From: Opitutaceae bacterium
GTDB taxonomy: Bacteria > Verrucomicrobiota > Verrucomicrobiia > Opitutales > Opitutaceae
DNA length: 56,042 nt
Assembly: GCA_035506315.1 (NCBI GenBank)
Contig: DATJPQ010000254.1
Coordinates: 1 to 56,042, forward strand
Direction: 5' to 3'
The notes under the pieces are model-generated. The model was given only the letters and a program-made list of their open reading frames with translations, was not told where the DNA came from and did no database searches. Position 1 is the first letter of the stretch. Each line of letters opens with the position of its first letter. The position numbers and the translations under genes are program-made. This document shows, in pieces, positions 44,307 to 52,984 of this stretch.

Positions 44307-45842
44307 TCACTTCACCGTGCCGGCGGGTACGAGCACGGAGATCTGGTTGGGCACGGCGTAGAGCGTCCCGGCGGCGAGCACGTGGCTGAGCGCGATCCGG
44401 CGGGCCGGCAGGTTGGGCATGGGCGCCACATTCTGGAACGTCTGCGGGTTGTGGCACGAGAAGCAGTTGCCGACCGTCGAGGGCGTGGTCGATCCGGAGG
44501 CGTTCTGCAGGAACGTCTCGGCGGTGCTGTTGCAGAGGTTCACCGAGCCGACGGCGTTGGACTGGTTGCTGTTGAGGTTGTATTGGCCCGGCTTCATCCA
44601 GACCGTGCCGATGAGATCGTAGTGCGCAAAAATCGATTGCGGGGGCTTCCGGCCGGCGAGGAACTCGTGGCCGGACTGGTTGACGTTCGCGATGTTGGCC
44701 GGGCCTTCGGGCGAGTGGGTTTCGCTGCCGGTGGCGTTTTCGAGCACCACGTTGTTCGCGGGCGAGAACTTCTGCGTGACCGGATTGAACGTGAGGCGCG
44801 GGGTGGCCGTGAGCGTGGTCGTCGTGGTGATGGTGGTCGACGGCGTGGAGAGCGGCGTGCTCGTGCTGGTGCTCGTCGCCGTGGTCTGCGTGCTGGGCTG
44901 GTTGGTCTGGCCGAAAGGCGTGCCACCGACGTAGAGCGTGTAGTTGCGCGGATCGCTGGCGGTGGACGGGGGCTTGTTCGGGCCGTCGGGGAAACGGGGG
45001 TCGTTGTCGTGGTGTTCGAACGTGCCCCAGAGGAACTCGGGGTGGTTGACCGTCTGGCCGACGACGTGCAGGCCGAGCAGCGCGACCTTGACGGTCATGG
45101 TCCGGCCGGTGGGCTGGGCATAGATCGTGTTGTCGGGCGTGAGCGACACGGCGAGCACCGGCACGCGCGCCTCGGTGACATAGGCGCCCGCCGGGGGTTC
45201 CTGGCCGGCATCGAGGCGCATCCACGTGGCCTTGAAGACGGCGGCGCCGACGGGAAAGAAATCGGCGTCGCCATTCGCCAGATAGCCGCCGTTGATGACG
45301 AGATTCCGCTTCGCGGTGGCGAAGTATGCCTCGTTCATGTGCACGGACGCGTAAACCGGATAACCGTTGGGCGCGACGAGCATGTTGCCGTCGGCCTCGA
45401 CGATGGCGCCGGTGCCCTCGATGTAGGCGCCGGTGGCGTGGATGTCCCGCGTGCCCAGGGTGAGCATGGGCGGCTCGGCGGACGGCGGGGCGCCGTCGGG
45501 TTTGAGCAAATCCGCGGGCGTGTGGAGCGTCATGAAGCGCGGCACGCCGTGCGCATCGAGCGCGGTGGCCCACACGAAGGCCTCCCACGACCACTGGTGA
45601 AACATGCAGTCGCTGGCATCGAGCGGGGTGTCAGTGGTGGGAAACGCCGCGTCCGGCTGGAGGTACTTCGCGAGGTTTTCCTCCCACCCGAGGGTGGGAC
45701 ACATCGCGGCCGGCGCGGGCTTGGGCGCGGGCGTCGTATAGGTCTGGGCCGACAACATGCACGCGGCGACGAAACTCATCGAGGCGGAGAGAACAAAGCC
45801 GAAGCGGCTGGAGACGCTGCGGGGAAAGACAGGGTGTTTCAT
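44307..45842 (-). CDS. Secreted protein of unknown function with Thr/Ser-rich linker and C-terminal CXXCH motif (511 aa)
   Basis: Signal-like N-terminus MKHPVFPRSVSSRFGFVLSASMSFVAACMLSAQ. Linker QPSTQTTATSTSTSTPLSTPSTTITTTTTLTATP. CFSCH is encoded at 44451-44465. Shares blocks with the 46091-48220 product (FKATWMRL/VKAAWRLL; LLGLHVVGQTVNHPEFLWGTFEH/LLGLHIIQKTPSAPYFIFATFEH). Confidence 0.65.
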   Translation of the reverse strand: MKHPVFPRSVSSRFGFVLSASMSFVAACMLSAQTYTTPAPKPAPAAMCPTLGWEENLAKYLQPDAAFPTTDTPLDASDCMFHQWSWEAFVWATALDAHGVPRFMTLHTPADLLKPDGAPPSAEPPMLTLGTRDIHATGAYIEGTGAIVEADGNMLVAPNGYPVYASVHMNEAYFATAKRNLVINGGYLANGDADFFPVGAAVFKATWMRLDAGQEPPAGAYVTEARVPVLAVSLTPDNTIYAQPTGRTMTVKVALLGLHVVGQTVNHPEFLWGTFEHHDNDPRFPDGPNKPPSTASDPRNYTLYVGGTPFGQTNQPSTQTTATSTSTSTPLSTPSTTITTTTTLTATPRLTFNPVTQKFSPANNVVLENATGSETHSPEGPANIANVNQSGHEFLAGRKPPQSIFAHYDLIGTVWMKPGQYNLNSNQSNAVGSVNLCNSTAETFLQNASGSTTPSTVGNCFSCHNPQTFQNVAPMPNLPARRIALSHVLAAGTLYAVPNQISVLVPAGTVK

Positions 45843-46090
45843 GGTATTGGAGGTATTGAGGTTGCCATTTTATGCTTATGATGAATCCGGGGCAAATCCG
45901 CGGTGCAAAAAGTCCGCGGAGCGTCCACGTTGCCGACCCCGGGCGCGTGGTACGGACGGCAGCGCGATCCGGTCGGGGAGGGGAAAATGATTCGATCGGC
46001 GAACGCCCGGGCCGGAGGACCAAAGCGGGCCGCGGGGAGTGAAACCCTTGCGGCCCGCGAACGAATCGGAGGAAGAGAGCGAACCCGGAA

Positions 46091-48220
46091 CTATTGACGG
46101 AAGTAGTTGTGGAGCTTCAGGCGCAACGCTTCCATCTCGGCCGGGGTGAAGGCGAACTTCGCCTGATCGTGATTGGCCACGGGCCCGCCGTCGAAGATAA
46201 AGCTGAAGTCCGTCGCGCCATTGTGGGGAGGTACGCCCACCGAGCGATTGCCATGGCAGCCCATGCATCCGCCCATGTTGTTGGCCGTGCCGGCATGGTA
46301 GACGTTGTAGAACGGACTGGGCACCGCCGCCGTCGACGCATTTCTGACAACGGTTGTGGCGGGAGTCGGTGTCGTGTCCGTGTAGGTCACCGGGGCGAAG
46401 TAGTAGTCGGTGATATTGTTGCTTTGCCCGGCGAATTGCCCGCTGAAGCCCGAGAGCACGATGTTCGTCTCGATCATGCTGTTCGACTGGTAGTAGCTGG
46501 CCGGAGGCACGCCATTGATCGCCGTGGTCAAGGCCTGGCCGGAGGGCTTGTTGACCGGTTTCCACTGCACGTTGGTGAGGCGGTAGTTCAGCCAGATATT
46601 CGCAGCCTGCTGGTAGCCGTAGGTGGAGATCAAACCGTGAATACTGCGGTTGATATTGACGATCTCGTTCGGGATGAGGAACCGGCGGCGGTTGACGTCG
46701 AGATAGGGCGTGGAGGTGGGCGTCGGAGGGCCAATATTGTCGGCGGGGAGACCACTTTTCTGGGTGTTGATATAATAGGAACTGCTGCCCCCGGGGCCCA
46801 CGCCGGTGGAGCCGGTCGTTTCGTTCGGCACGAAGATCTCACCCTCGGGACTGCCGGCGGTGGCGAATTGCGTGAACACATTCGAGGTGGTCGGATCCTT
46901 GAGATATTGGCCGGGGGGCGGGTTGCCCTTGTTCACGTCACCCTGCAAGACATAGCCAGCGGGCGGCTGCGTCGGCACCGTGGCGCTGTAGGCGTTGGGG
47001 GTGAGCCCGCCGTTTTGGTCCTCGACCGCGTTGCCGGACTGGTTGCGGATGTTGCTCACGTGCTCGAACGTGGCGAAAATGAAGTAAGGGGCAGAGGGTG
47101 TCTTCTGGATGATGTGAAGACCGAGCAGAACGGCCGGCGCATCCACCGGCTTGGTGGGGTCCGCGACGAGAGCGCCGGGATTGGTCGTCGGCTGGCTGTC
47201 CGATGCGGCGACGGGGTAATATCGGACCATCGCCCAATGGTAGCCGGGCACCTGGCCGGTCTGCTGAAAAACGGCGGTTTCCTTGGTAGTGAGCAGCCGC
47301 CAGGCAGCCTTCACCTCGATCGTGCCATTGGGGAAGCTGATATACGGCCCCGGGTTCGACGGGGTGCCGAACTCCGCGCCGGGCGGAGGCAGCTTTTGGT
47401 TGGCCAGCACGTAGCCCGAGGTGTTGTTCTCGATCAGGCCCACCGCGCTCGAATTGGTATTCCACCACTGGCGCGAGGACACGTAGTTGTATTGCTTGCG
47501 ACTGGCCTTCGCGAGAAAGAGCACGAGCCTTCCGGGAAACTGAGTCGGCGCACCATCGCCGGCGGGGAGGCCAGCGAACATCTGGCACGTGCCAATCTGA
47601 CTGTTCTCGTCGAGGTTGACGAATGGAGCCGGCTTGGTGGAGCCGTTGTAGCCATAGCCGGGAGAGATGCCATTGGCGTAGTTGTATTGGGGGAAGGCGT
47701 CGAAACCGAAATCGAGATCGGCGTTGTTGACGTAGCCATTGGGCGGCAGGAGCATGCTGTTGGAGGTCAAACCGCCGTAGATTTCAGGCTTGTTGCGCAG
47801 GGTTTCCCAGACGAGCGCCGGGTAGGCGGCGGTTTGTCCGTTGACCAGGTAGGCGCCCGCCGGCTGGCCAAACTGCTTCGATCCGTCGGCCGTTTCGCGC
47901 GTGCCGAGGCTTCCGGTCACGGGCACATTGGGCCAGCTCAGGGCGATGAATTCCTGCCAGGCGAACAAGCTGGCCTCGGTGATCGTGGCCGATGCGGCGC
48001 CGCCCGGGATGTCGGACAGGGGAACGATGGAGCTCGGCCCGGACGTCGACAGCATGTTCTGGATGTTGGCTTGGATCGCGGCAGCGTTCGGACTGAGGGC
48101 GGAGGCACCCGCCGATGCGGTCGATTGAGCGTGCACGGTGGAGGAAACGAGGATCGCGGCGAGGGCAATGCCGGCCGCACGGGCAGCGTGGCGGCCGGAG
48201 TGAAAGGGTCTTGTCTTCAT
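46091..48220 (-). CDS. Secreted protein of unknown function, larger paralogue, C-terminal CXXCH motif (709 aa)
   Basis: Start placed at ATG 48220 (MKTRPFHSGRHAARAAGIALAAILVSSTVHAQ, signal peptide). The ORF-track extension to 48472 is Arg/Pro-rich and overlaps the upstream gene. CMGCH is encoded at 46253-46267. Confidence 0.65.
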   Translation of the reverse strand: MKTRPFHSGRHAARAAGIALAAILVSSTVHAQSTASAGASALSPNAAAIQANIQNMLSTSGPSSIVPLSDIPGGAASATITEASLFAWQEFIALSWPNVPVTGSLGTRETADGSKQFGQPAGAYLVNGQTAAYPALVWETLRNKPEIYGGLTSNSMLLPPNGYVNNADLDFGFDAFPQYNYANGISPGYGYNGSTKPAPFVNLDENSQIGTCQMFAGLPAGDGAPTQFPGRLVLFLAKASRKQYNYVSSRQWWNTNSSAVGLIENNTSGYVLANQKLPPPGAEFGTPSNPGPYISFPNGTIEVKAAWRLLTTKETAVFQQTGQVPGYHWAMVRYYPVAASDSQPTTNPGALVADPTKPVDAPAVLLGLHIIQKTPSAPYFIFATFEHVSNIRNQSGNAVEDQNGGLTPNAYSATVPTQPPAGYVLQGDVNKGNPPPGQYLKDPTTSNVFTQFATAGSPEGEIFVPNETTGSTGVGPGGSSSYYINTQKSGLPADNIGPPTPTSTPYLDVNRRRFLIPNEIVNINRSIHGLISTYGYQQAANIWLNYRLTNVQWKPVNKPSGQALTTAINGVPPASYYQSNSMIETNIVLSGFSGQFAGQSNNITDYYFAPVTYTDTTPTPATTVVRNASTAAVPSPFYNVYHAGTANNMGGCMGCHGNRSVGVPPHNGATDFSFIFDGGPVANHDQAKFAFTPAEMEALRLKLHNYFRQ

Positions 48221-48470
48221 TGTATGGTAGTTGAGAGGTTGGATTCGGTTGACGGTGGGGAGAGAAAGCCGGTCGCGAGGGCGGCCAGCGGATCGATCGT
48301 GTGCCCGGTGCGACGGGCGGGGATTGGGGCATGCGGCTAGGGCAAGGTTGTTTTCATGGTGATGGATGAGCTGAAAGGCAGGATTCGGTTCGGGTGGGAA
48401 CGAGGACGCCGGTCGCGAGGGCGGCCAGTTGCCCGATCGTGTGTGCGGCCCAACGGGCCGAAAAAGGCGC
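48211..48470. repeat. Imperfect ~137-bp tandem duplication spanning a gene junction, with relic start codon
   Basis: 48211-48335 aligns with 48348-48470. For example, ggattcggttgacggtgggg...ccggtcgcgagggcggccagcggatcgatcgtgtgcccgg aligns with ggattcggttcgggtgggaa...ccggtcgcgagggcggccagttgcccgatcgtgtgtgcgg. The relic ATGAAAACAACCTTGCCCTAG (48357-48337, minus strand) parallels the real start ATGAAGACAAGACCC at 48220. Confidence 0.7.
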
Positions 48471-50240
48471 ACGGGTGACGGTGAGGTTGCCGATGAGATT
48501 GCCCTCGGTGGGGATCCCGATCACGGCGATGTCCGGATTCGGTGTGCCGTCGGCTCCGACCACGCACTGGGTGTCAGGAGTCATGTCGATCGCGCCGGGG
48601 CGGTAGCCGCCGTTGGCAAACGGCCGGATGAGACCGCGCGCCAGGAGCGAACGCCCGAGCGGCGTCACGTCGCGTTCGACATGGTTGGGCGGATAGCGGG
48701 CGTCGATCAGGACGTCCGCGTCCGTGCGCACACCGTCGGGCAGACTGCTGCGCAATGCGAAACGTCCGCCGCCCGCGGGCAAGCTGACCTCCGGAGCGCG
48801 GGCGAATCCGAAATCGACGATCCCGGCGCGCGCCAGCGCGAGGATCTTTTCCGCGTTCTGCACCGGCGGGCCGAAGACCACGCGTTTGAACTGCGACGCG
48901 AATCCGCCGGCCACCGAACGCTGCGACTCCGGTGTGAGGCCGGCGAACTGCCAGACAGGCTGCAGGGCATAACGGACCTCATGCCAGATATCGATGGCGG
49001 CCTTGAGCGGCGAACCCCGGTGACCGGCGCGTGATCGTGCGATCTCGCAATCGAGGTAGGCGACGATCGCGTGGTGCAGCGCCGCCGCGGTCGCCGGGCA
49101 CCGGCCGGCCAGAGGATCGAGCACGGGAGCCGGATCGAAGGGAACCTGTCCGGGATGTTCGCGCCGATAGTCTGCGATCACCCGCCGCAGCGCCGCGGCA
49201 TCGTCCCCACCGGCTTCGAGCCGGTCCCGCCAGAGGCCGGGGCCCATCGCCGCCTGATAATAGGCGCGCGCCATCTCCAGCTCGACCAAGGGGAGCAGCT
49301 CACGCGCAAAATCGAGCTGGCGACCGTCCGCCCGGCGGCGCATCGCCTCCACGCGCGCCGGAGGCGTGAAGGTCAGCGGACGCAGGGCAACCGGGAGATC
49401 GACCGCTTTGGGAATCGCCGGCAGGCCCGAGCGGCTGAACGGCCGGATGACCCGGGGCTCGACGCCGGAGGCGCGGTAACGGAGCCCTCCCGTGGCCGGG
49501 CGCTCGAAGCGACCGCCGCGACCTTCGGTGAGAGCGAGGGCCGCGTCGATGAACGTCAGCCCCATCCCCTTCATCGCCACCTCCGCACCCGGCGCGATGT
49601 CGCGCAGGTTTGGCGTGACCGGGAACACGAACGGGACGAAACGCGCGCGCGACGAAGCGGCGGCAAACGCCGAACAGGCCCGGTCCGGCCCGGTGGGCGC
49701 GACGCGCGCGTGTCCGGTGGCGAGAAGAATCTTGTGCGCCACGATCCGGCGGCGCGCGCCATCGGCGGCCGCGAGCGTGATGACGTAGTGTCCGTCCTCC
49801 GGGATCAGGTCTTCCGCCTCGCCGACCTGCGGGCGCAGTTCGACGCCGGGAGGCACGTGGCGTTCCAGGTGCCGGAAACAATCGCGCAGGTAGCGCCCGA
49901 CCAGCGCGCGCGGCAGATATTCGCCGCCGGTGAGCGGGGCGGAGCCCGCCGCGCCCTGGCGGGCCTGCCAGGCGATGAAATTCGGTCCACGCCCGCCCAC
50001 GGGTGGAGGGTCTTCGTCGCCCCAGGCGTCGATGTCGGCGATGCTGTTGTTCGTGACGAGGTAGTCCGGCTGGTCGGTGGCGTAAACCGGACTCACACCG
50101 AACTCGGCGCCGCGATTGATGGCGTGCACGACCACCGGGACGGGCAGCGGCGCGGCCGCAAGTCCGGCGAGCAGCCGCTCGAGGCTGTGCAGCCCCTTGG
50201 GCCCGAGGCCGACGATGGCGATGGCGACCGTGTCGTTCAT
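48354..50240 (-). CDS. FAD/NAD(P)-binding Rossmann-fold oxidoreductase-like protein (628 aa)
   Basis: Start placed at ATG 50240 (MNDTVAIAIVGLGPKGLHSLERLL, with the GxGxxG dinucleotide-binding motif). It overlaps the upstream stop as ATGA. The ORF-track N-terminal extension to 51002 is an Arg/Pro-rich out-of-gene read-through. Confidence 0.55.
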   Translation of the reverse strand: MNDTVAIAIVGLGPKGLHSLERLLAGLAAAPLPVPVVVHAINRGAEFGVSPVYATDQPDYLVTNNSIADIDAWGDEDPPPVGGRGPNFIAWQARQGAAGSAPLTGGEYLPRALVGRYLRDCFRHLERHVPPGVELRPQVGEAEDLIPEDGHYVITLAAADGARRRIVAHKILLATGHARVAPTGPDRACSAFAAASSRARFVPFVFPVTPNLRDIAPGAEVAMKGMGLTFIDAALALTEGRGGRFERPATGGLRYRASGVEPRVIRPFSRSGLPAIPKAVDLPVALRPLTFTPPARVEAMRRRADGRQLDFARELLPLVELEMARAYYQAAMGPGLWRDRLEAGGDDAAALRRVIADYRREHPGQVPFDPAPVLDPLAGRCPATAAALHHAIVAYLDCEIARSRAGHRGSPLKAAIDIWHEVRYALQPVWQFAGLTPESQRSVAGGFASQFKRVVFGPPVQNAEKILALARAGIVDFGFARAPEVSLPAGGGRFALRSSLPDGVRTDADVLIDARYPPNHVERDVTPLGRSLLARGLIRPFANGGYRPGAIDMTPDTQCVVGADGTPNPDIAVIGIPTEGNLIGNLTVTRAPFSARWAAHTIGQLAALATGVLVPTRTESCLSAHPSP

Positions 50241-51427
50241 AGGATCGAGGCGAGCGAATGAAGGCCGTAGCGTTGCGGACAGCTGGTCGTCCCCAGGTCG
50301 GAACCGGTGAAACGCGTGCCGTCCAGATAGGTGCGGTGGAGTTTGGCCTGGCTCCAGCGGAGCACTTCGTCGATGGCCGGGGTTCCGACTCCGGCGAGTT
50401 CGGCCACGCCACGGATCGGCACGAGTCCGAACGGCACATCCTCGCTCAGGAAACGGCTCTGGAAATCCGGCATCCATCCGCCGGCCGCGGCGCGCACCAT
50501 CGGGTGCGTCATCGTCTGGTAGGCGTGGTTCGTGCGCAGCGCCGTGAACTGGGTTGAAGGGTCGGCGATCTCCGCGCCATACGCGAGGCGGTCCCACTGG
50601 AGCATGGGAATGACCGCGGTGAGATCCTTGCGCGGAAAACGCTCCGCGATCCGGTCGCGGATGGTGAGGACCTCGTCGCTCATGCGGGTCATCAGGCCGG
50701 CGGTTTCGCGGCTGATGCCCTGGTAAAACACGGGCGGCTCGGCCAGCGGCCGGCCGTCCCAATCCCGCCACGCGCCATACATGATCGGCGGGTGGCTGTA
50801 GGCGTTGACCGACATGAGCGTGATCGCGAGCAGGCTGGGCGACTCGACCACGCGCGTTTGAGGGCCGGCGATGCGCCGGATCAGCCCGAACGGATCCTTG
50901 ATGCGGGCGCGGGTGAGGTCGCCGCGCAGGGCCCCGGTGAGGTAGGTCTTCGCCCCGCAAATCTGGACCAGCCGTCCGAAACGGAGCACGCGGCACGCCC
51001 ACGGCGCCGACTCGAAGTTCATCACGATGACCGGCCGGTGCGCGAGGTGCCGGGCCACTTCACACTCGAAACCGCCCTGGCCGGGAAAGCCGACCAGCAC
51101 CGCGCCGGCCGCGATGTGCGGGGCGAGAAGCGCGAGGTATTCGCCGAGGACAAAAGCGGTGACGGCGGTGAAGATCAGGTCGCAGCCGCGCGCGATGGCG
51201 GGATCGTCCGACACGAGCACGCGTCCGGCGCGCGCGGCTTCGCGGGCCTGGCCGTTGATTCCCTGGATGACCACGAGGCCGCCGTGGGCCGCCTCCTCCC
51301 GCCAGCTGGCGGCCTTCCCGGCATTTTGGGTGAAGAGACGCACTTCGAACCCGGGGTCGGCGCTGAGCAATCCGGCCAGCACATGGGCGGTGTTGCCACT
51401 GCCGCAAACGAGGATCCGGCTAGTCAT
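50237..51427 (-). CDS. NAD(P)-dependent opine (octopine/nopaline) dehydrogenase family protein (396 aa)
   Basis: Start placed at ATG 51427 (MTSRILVCGSGNTAHVLAGLLS, the Rossmann GxGxxA typical of this family). The length and C-terminal helical domain are consistent with the family. The start overlaps the upstream VOC gene by 8 nt. Confidence 0.55.
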   Translation of the reverse strand: MTSRILVCGSGNTAHVLAGLLSADPGFEVRLFTQNAGKAASWREEAAHGGLVVIQGINGQAREAARAGRVLVSDDPAIARGCDLIFTAVTAFVLGEYLALLAPHIAAGAVLVGFPGQGGFECEVARHLAHRPVIVMNFESAPWACRVLRFGRLVQICGAKTYLTGALRGDLTRARIKDPFGLIRRIAGPQTRVVESPSLLAITLMSVNAYSHPPIMYGAWRDWDGRPLAEPPVFYQGISRETAGLMTRMSDEVLTIRDRIAERFPRKDLTAVIPMLQWDRLAYGAEIADPSTQFTALRTNHAYQTMTHPMVRAAAGGWMPDFQSRFLSEDVPFGLVPIRGVAELAGVGTPAIDEVLRWSQAKLHRTYLDGTRFTGSDLGTTSCPQRYGLHSLASIL

Positions 51428-51926
51428 GGCCCGGGGGAGTCGGCGGTCGTTTGAGTTGGGTTTGATCGACCGCGAAAATCGGATGAGCGAATTTCCACCG
51501 GTGGCCCTCCGGGTCGACGGCTTCGTAAACCCGCTCGCCGTGCCACTGGTCGGCCGGGGCGAACGTGATCCGTGCGCCGGCGGCGATCGCGCGGGCATGA
51601 TGGGCGTCGACATCGTCGACGTAGATGAAGAGGCGGTGCATTATCTGCCCCCCGAGGTCGAGCGGGCTCGCCCAGTGGGCATGCTCGCGCGCGAGACCGA
51701 GCATCACGAGGCCGTCGTGGAGCTCGAGTTCGGCATGGACGACGAGGCCCGTGTCATCGGCGATGCGCAGGCGGCAGTTGAAGCCAAAAGCCCCGGCCAG
51801 CCAGTCGGCCGCCGCGGCCACATCGCGGTAGAAGAGGTGCGGGACGATGCGCGGCATGCCGGGCGGCGGGTTGGGCAGGGGCGATCGGGAAGCGGAGGAG
51901 GTTGTGCTGGAAGCAATGGTGGACAT
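51420..51926 (-). CDS. VOC (glyoxalase/bleomycin-resistance/dioxygenase) fold protein
   Basis: ~145-168 aa. The pattern IVPHLFYRDVAAAADWLAGAFGF...HAELELHDGLVMLG...LFIYVDDVDAHHARAIAAGARI...YEAVDPEGHRWKF is typical of small VOC proteins. The start could be 51926 or 51857. Confidence 0.6.
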   Translation of the reverse strand: MSTIASSTTSSASRSPLPNPPPGMPRIVPHLFYRDVAAAADWLAGAFGFNCRLRIADDTGLVVHAELELHDGLVMLGLAREHAHWASPLDLGGQIMHRLFIYVDDVDAHHARAIAAGARITFAPADQWHGERVYEAVDPEGHRWKFAHPIFAVDQTQLKRPPTPPGHD

Positions 51927-51937
51927 GGGAAAGGAGA

Positions 51938-52984
51938 CTAAGTCCGGTGGCGGGGCGAAGCGGCGATCAGGGCGCCCAACTCGAGCACGAGCGCGGCGGC
52001 GAGCAGGGAAGTGATCTGACCCGGCGAGTCGTAGGCCGGGGCAACCTCCACGACGTCGGCACCGACGACGTTCAAGCCCTTGAACTCGCGCAGCAGGGCC
52101 AGCGCTTCATAACTCGTGAAGCCGCCGGGGACGGGCGTGCCGGTTCCGGGCGCGAAAGCCGGATCGACGCCGTCGATGTCGAACGTGAGGTAGCACGGAC
52201 CGTCGCCGGCCTGCCGGCGCAAACGCGCGAGAAAGGCCGCGCGCCCGGCGGGATCGTGGGCGCCGCACATGGTCAGCAGGCTGATGCCCTGCTCCTCGGC
52301 AAAGCGGAAGTAGTCGCGGGTGCCGACCGAGCCACGGAGGCCGATCTGGAACACGCGATGGCCGGCGACCGACTCCTCGGCTATGGCGTCGCGCACGCAA
52401 GTGCCGTGGTGCCGCCAGGGCGGGCCGCCGGCATCGGTCGTGTCGAAATGCGCGTCGATCTGGATCAGAGTCAGCCCGGCGTGGCGCCGGCTCGTGGCGC
52501 GGAGGATCGGCACGAGCACGGAGTGGTCGCCACCCAGTGCAATCACATCCGCGCCCGCGTCGTGGAGTTCCGTCACGCAGGCCGCGATGCGCTCCATCGT
52601 TTCCGCCGGATCGCCCGTCCTGACGGCGACATCGCCGGCGTCGCGACCGGGCAGGCGGCCAAAGACCTCCACGCCCATCAGCAACGAATGGCTGCGGCAC
52701 AGCCGCGAGGCTTCGCGGATGGCTGTCGGACCGGCGCTGGCGCCTCTGCGGCAGGTGACGGAACCATCCCACGGGATGCCGAGGACCGCCAGTTGTCCGC
52801 CGCGAACGCGGTTGCCCGGCGTGTTTGTCGCGACCAGGGCCGGCAGCTGCATGAACGTGTCGCTGGCGGGCGTCCGGTCCGGCCGGAGACCGGACGAGGC
52901 GCGGGGAGCCGTGGCGGGCGGGGGCATGGCCGCGGCATGGCTCGTGGCAGGGCTTGGAAGCGGGAGGCGTGGCGGCGCATTCAT
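51938..52984 (-). CDS. Arginase/agmatinase/guanidino-acid hydrolase (ureohydrolase) family protein
   Basis: Metal-binding motifs of the arginase family: ALGGDHSV, IDAHFDT, LTFDIDGVDPAFAPGTGTP, DVVEVAP. Start placed at ATG 52984, overlapping the pstB-fusion stop as ATGA. The longest ORF runs to 53029. Confidence 0.75.
   Translation of the reverse strand: MNAPPRLPLPSPATSHAAAMPPPATAPRASSGLRPDRTPASDTFMQLPALVATNTPGNRVRGGQLAVLGIPWDGSVTCRRGASAGPTAIREASRLCRSHSLLMGVEVFGRLPGRDAGDVAVRTGDPAETMERIAACVTELHDAGADVIALGGDHSVLVPILRATSRRHAGLTLIQIDAHFDTTDAGGPPWRHHGTCVRDAIAEESVAGHRVFQIGLRGSVGTRDYFRFAEEQGISLLTMCGAHDPAGRAAFLARLRRQAGDGPCYLTFDIDGVDPAFAPGTGTPVPGGFTSYEALALLREFKGLNVVGADVVEVAPAYDSPGQITSLLAAALVLELGALIAASPRHRT

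Noticed and set aside
44790-44900. A GT/GC-rich repetitive DNA stretch (gtggtcgtcgtggtgatggtggtcgac...gtgctcgtgctggtgctcgtc) as a non-coding tandem repeat.
   Set aside because: It lies in frame within the 44307-45842 gene and encodes the Thr/Ser-rich linker on the minus strand. It is a low-complexity coding region, not a separate repeat element.
50241-51002. Long N-terminal extensions suggested by the ORF track: 48354-51002, 50237-51613, 54249-55520, 52981-55104, 46091-48472, 25501-27597 and 37679-39310.
   Set aside because: The extensions are Arg/Pro/Gly-rich and overlap the well-supported upstream genes. Internal ATGs give canonical N-termini (Rossmann GxGxxG, signal peptides, Walker-A-proximal starts) and fall in ATGA or short overlaps with the preceding stop codon.
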